From Girardia tigrina (taxonomy: Eukaryota): a stretch of DNA of 64,000 nucleotides. Under the pieces are notes generated by a model. That model ran no database searches. It was not told the DNA's origin and saw only the letters and a list, made by a program, of their open reading frames with translations. This document shows, one piece after another, positions 63,766 to 64,000 of the stretch. Numbering within the stretch: position 1 is the stretch's first letter; each line of letters begins with the position of its first letter. Location of the stretch: NCBI GenBank assembly GCA_001938485.1, contig MQRK01199219.1, forward strand, positions 4,475 through 68,474, in the 5' to 3' direction. Both the position numbers and the translations under genes were made by a program.

Positions 63766-63982
63766 CCCTTTGAACCCTAAGACTTTCATTGTATTAGTTA
63801 CGAATGTATATAAAATTATTAGCACATCAGCAGACATCAACTCTGACCTAGCGACACCATCGAACTGAGTTCATGTTCAAGCAAGTTCTTGGTTATAGCG
63901 ATAGATATGGAGGCCGGTAAATCGGCCATTAGCGTATATGTCTCGCCAAATCTGGCCCATTTATCGGCCAGGGTTCAAAGGG
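63766..63982. mobile_element. piggyBac-type MITE
   Basis: TTAA|ccctttgaaccct ... agggttcaaaggg: perfect 13-bp TIR; right TSD degenerate (taat). Confidence 0.75.
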
Positions 63983-64000
63983 TAATTATGCAGTTGTTTA

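Overview
Very AT-rich eukaryotic DNA, probably from an invertebrate. The transposable-element (TE) mix resembles a triclad planarian, but the organism cannot be determined from this window. No intact host gene is recognisable; the window is a nested TE graveyard. It contains: (i) at least 9 Tc1/mariner copies or fragments, including two mellifera-type mariners, a TA-tract mariner and two DD37D/maT-like copies, the youngest carrying assembly gaps; (ii) four decayed hAT transposases; (iii) hAT, piggyBac, pogo-like, MULE and Helentron-like non-autonomous elements, several with verifiable target-site duplications (TSDs); (iv) RLE-type and RTE non-LTR fragments; (v) about 8 Penelope-like (PLE) remnants. 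Two signals are invisible in the ORF track. First, four intact minimal type-I hammerhead ribozymes (24303-24346 +; 30852-30890, 37076-37113, 41022-41062 -) plus decayed ones, mostly just downstream of Penelope GIY-YIG stop codons, each with a different self-complementary helix-III hexamer. Second, ten divergent copies of a ~450-530 bp solo-LTR-like element (TGTGAGGA...TCTTAA[C/T]A, 5-bp TSDs) that keep a conserved TCTCCYACYCAGATGG motif near the 5' end. All calls were made by eye; no searches were run.
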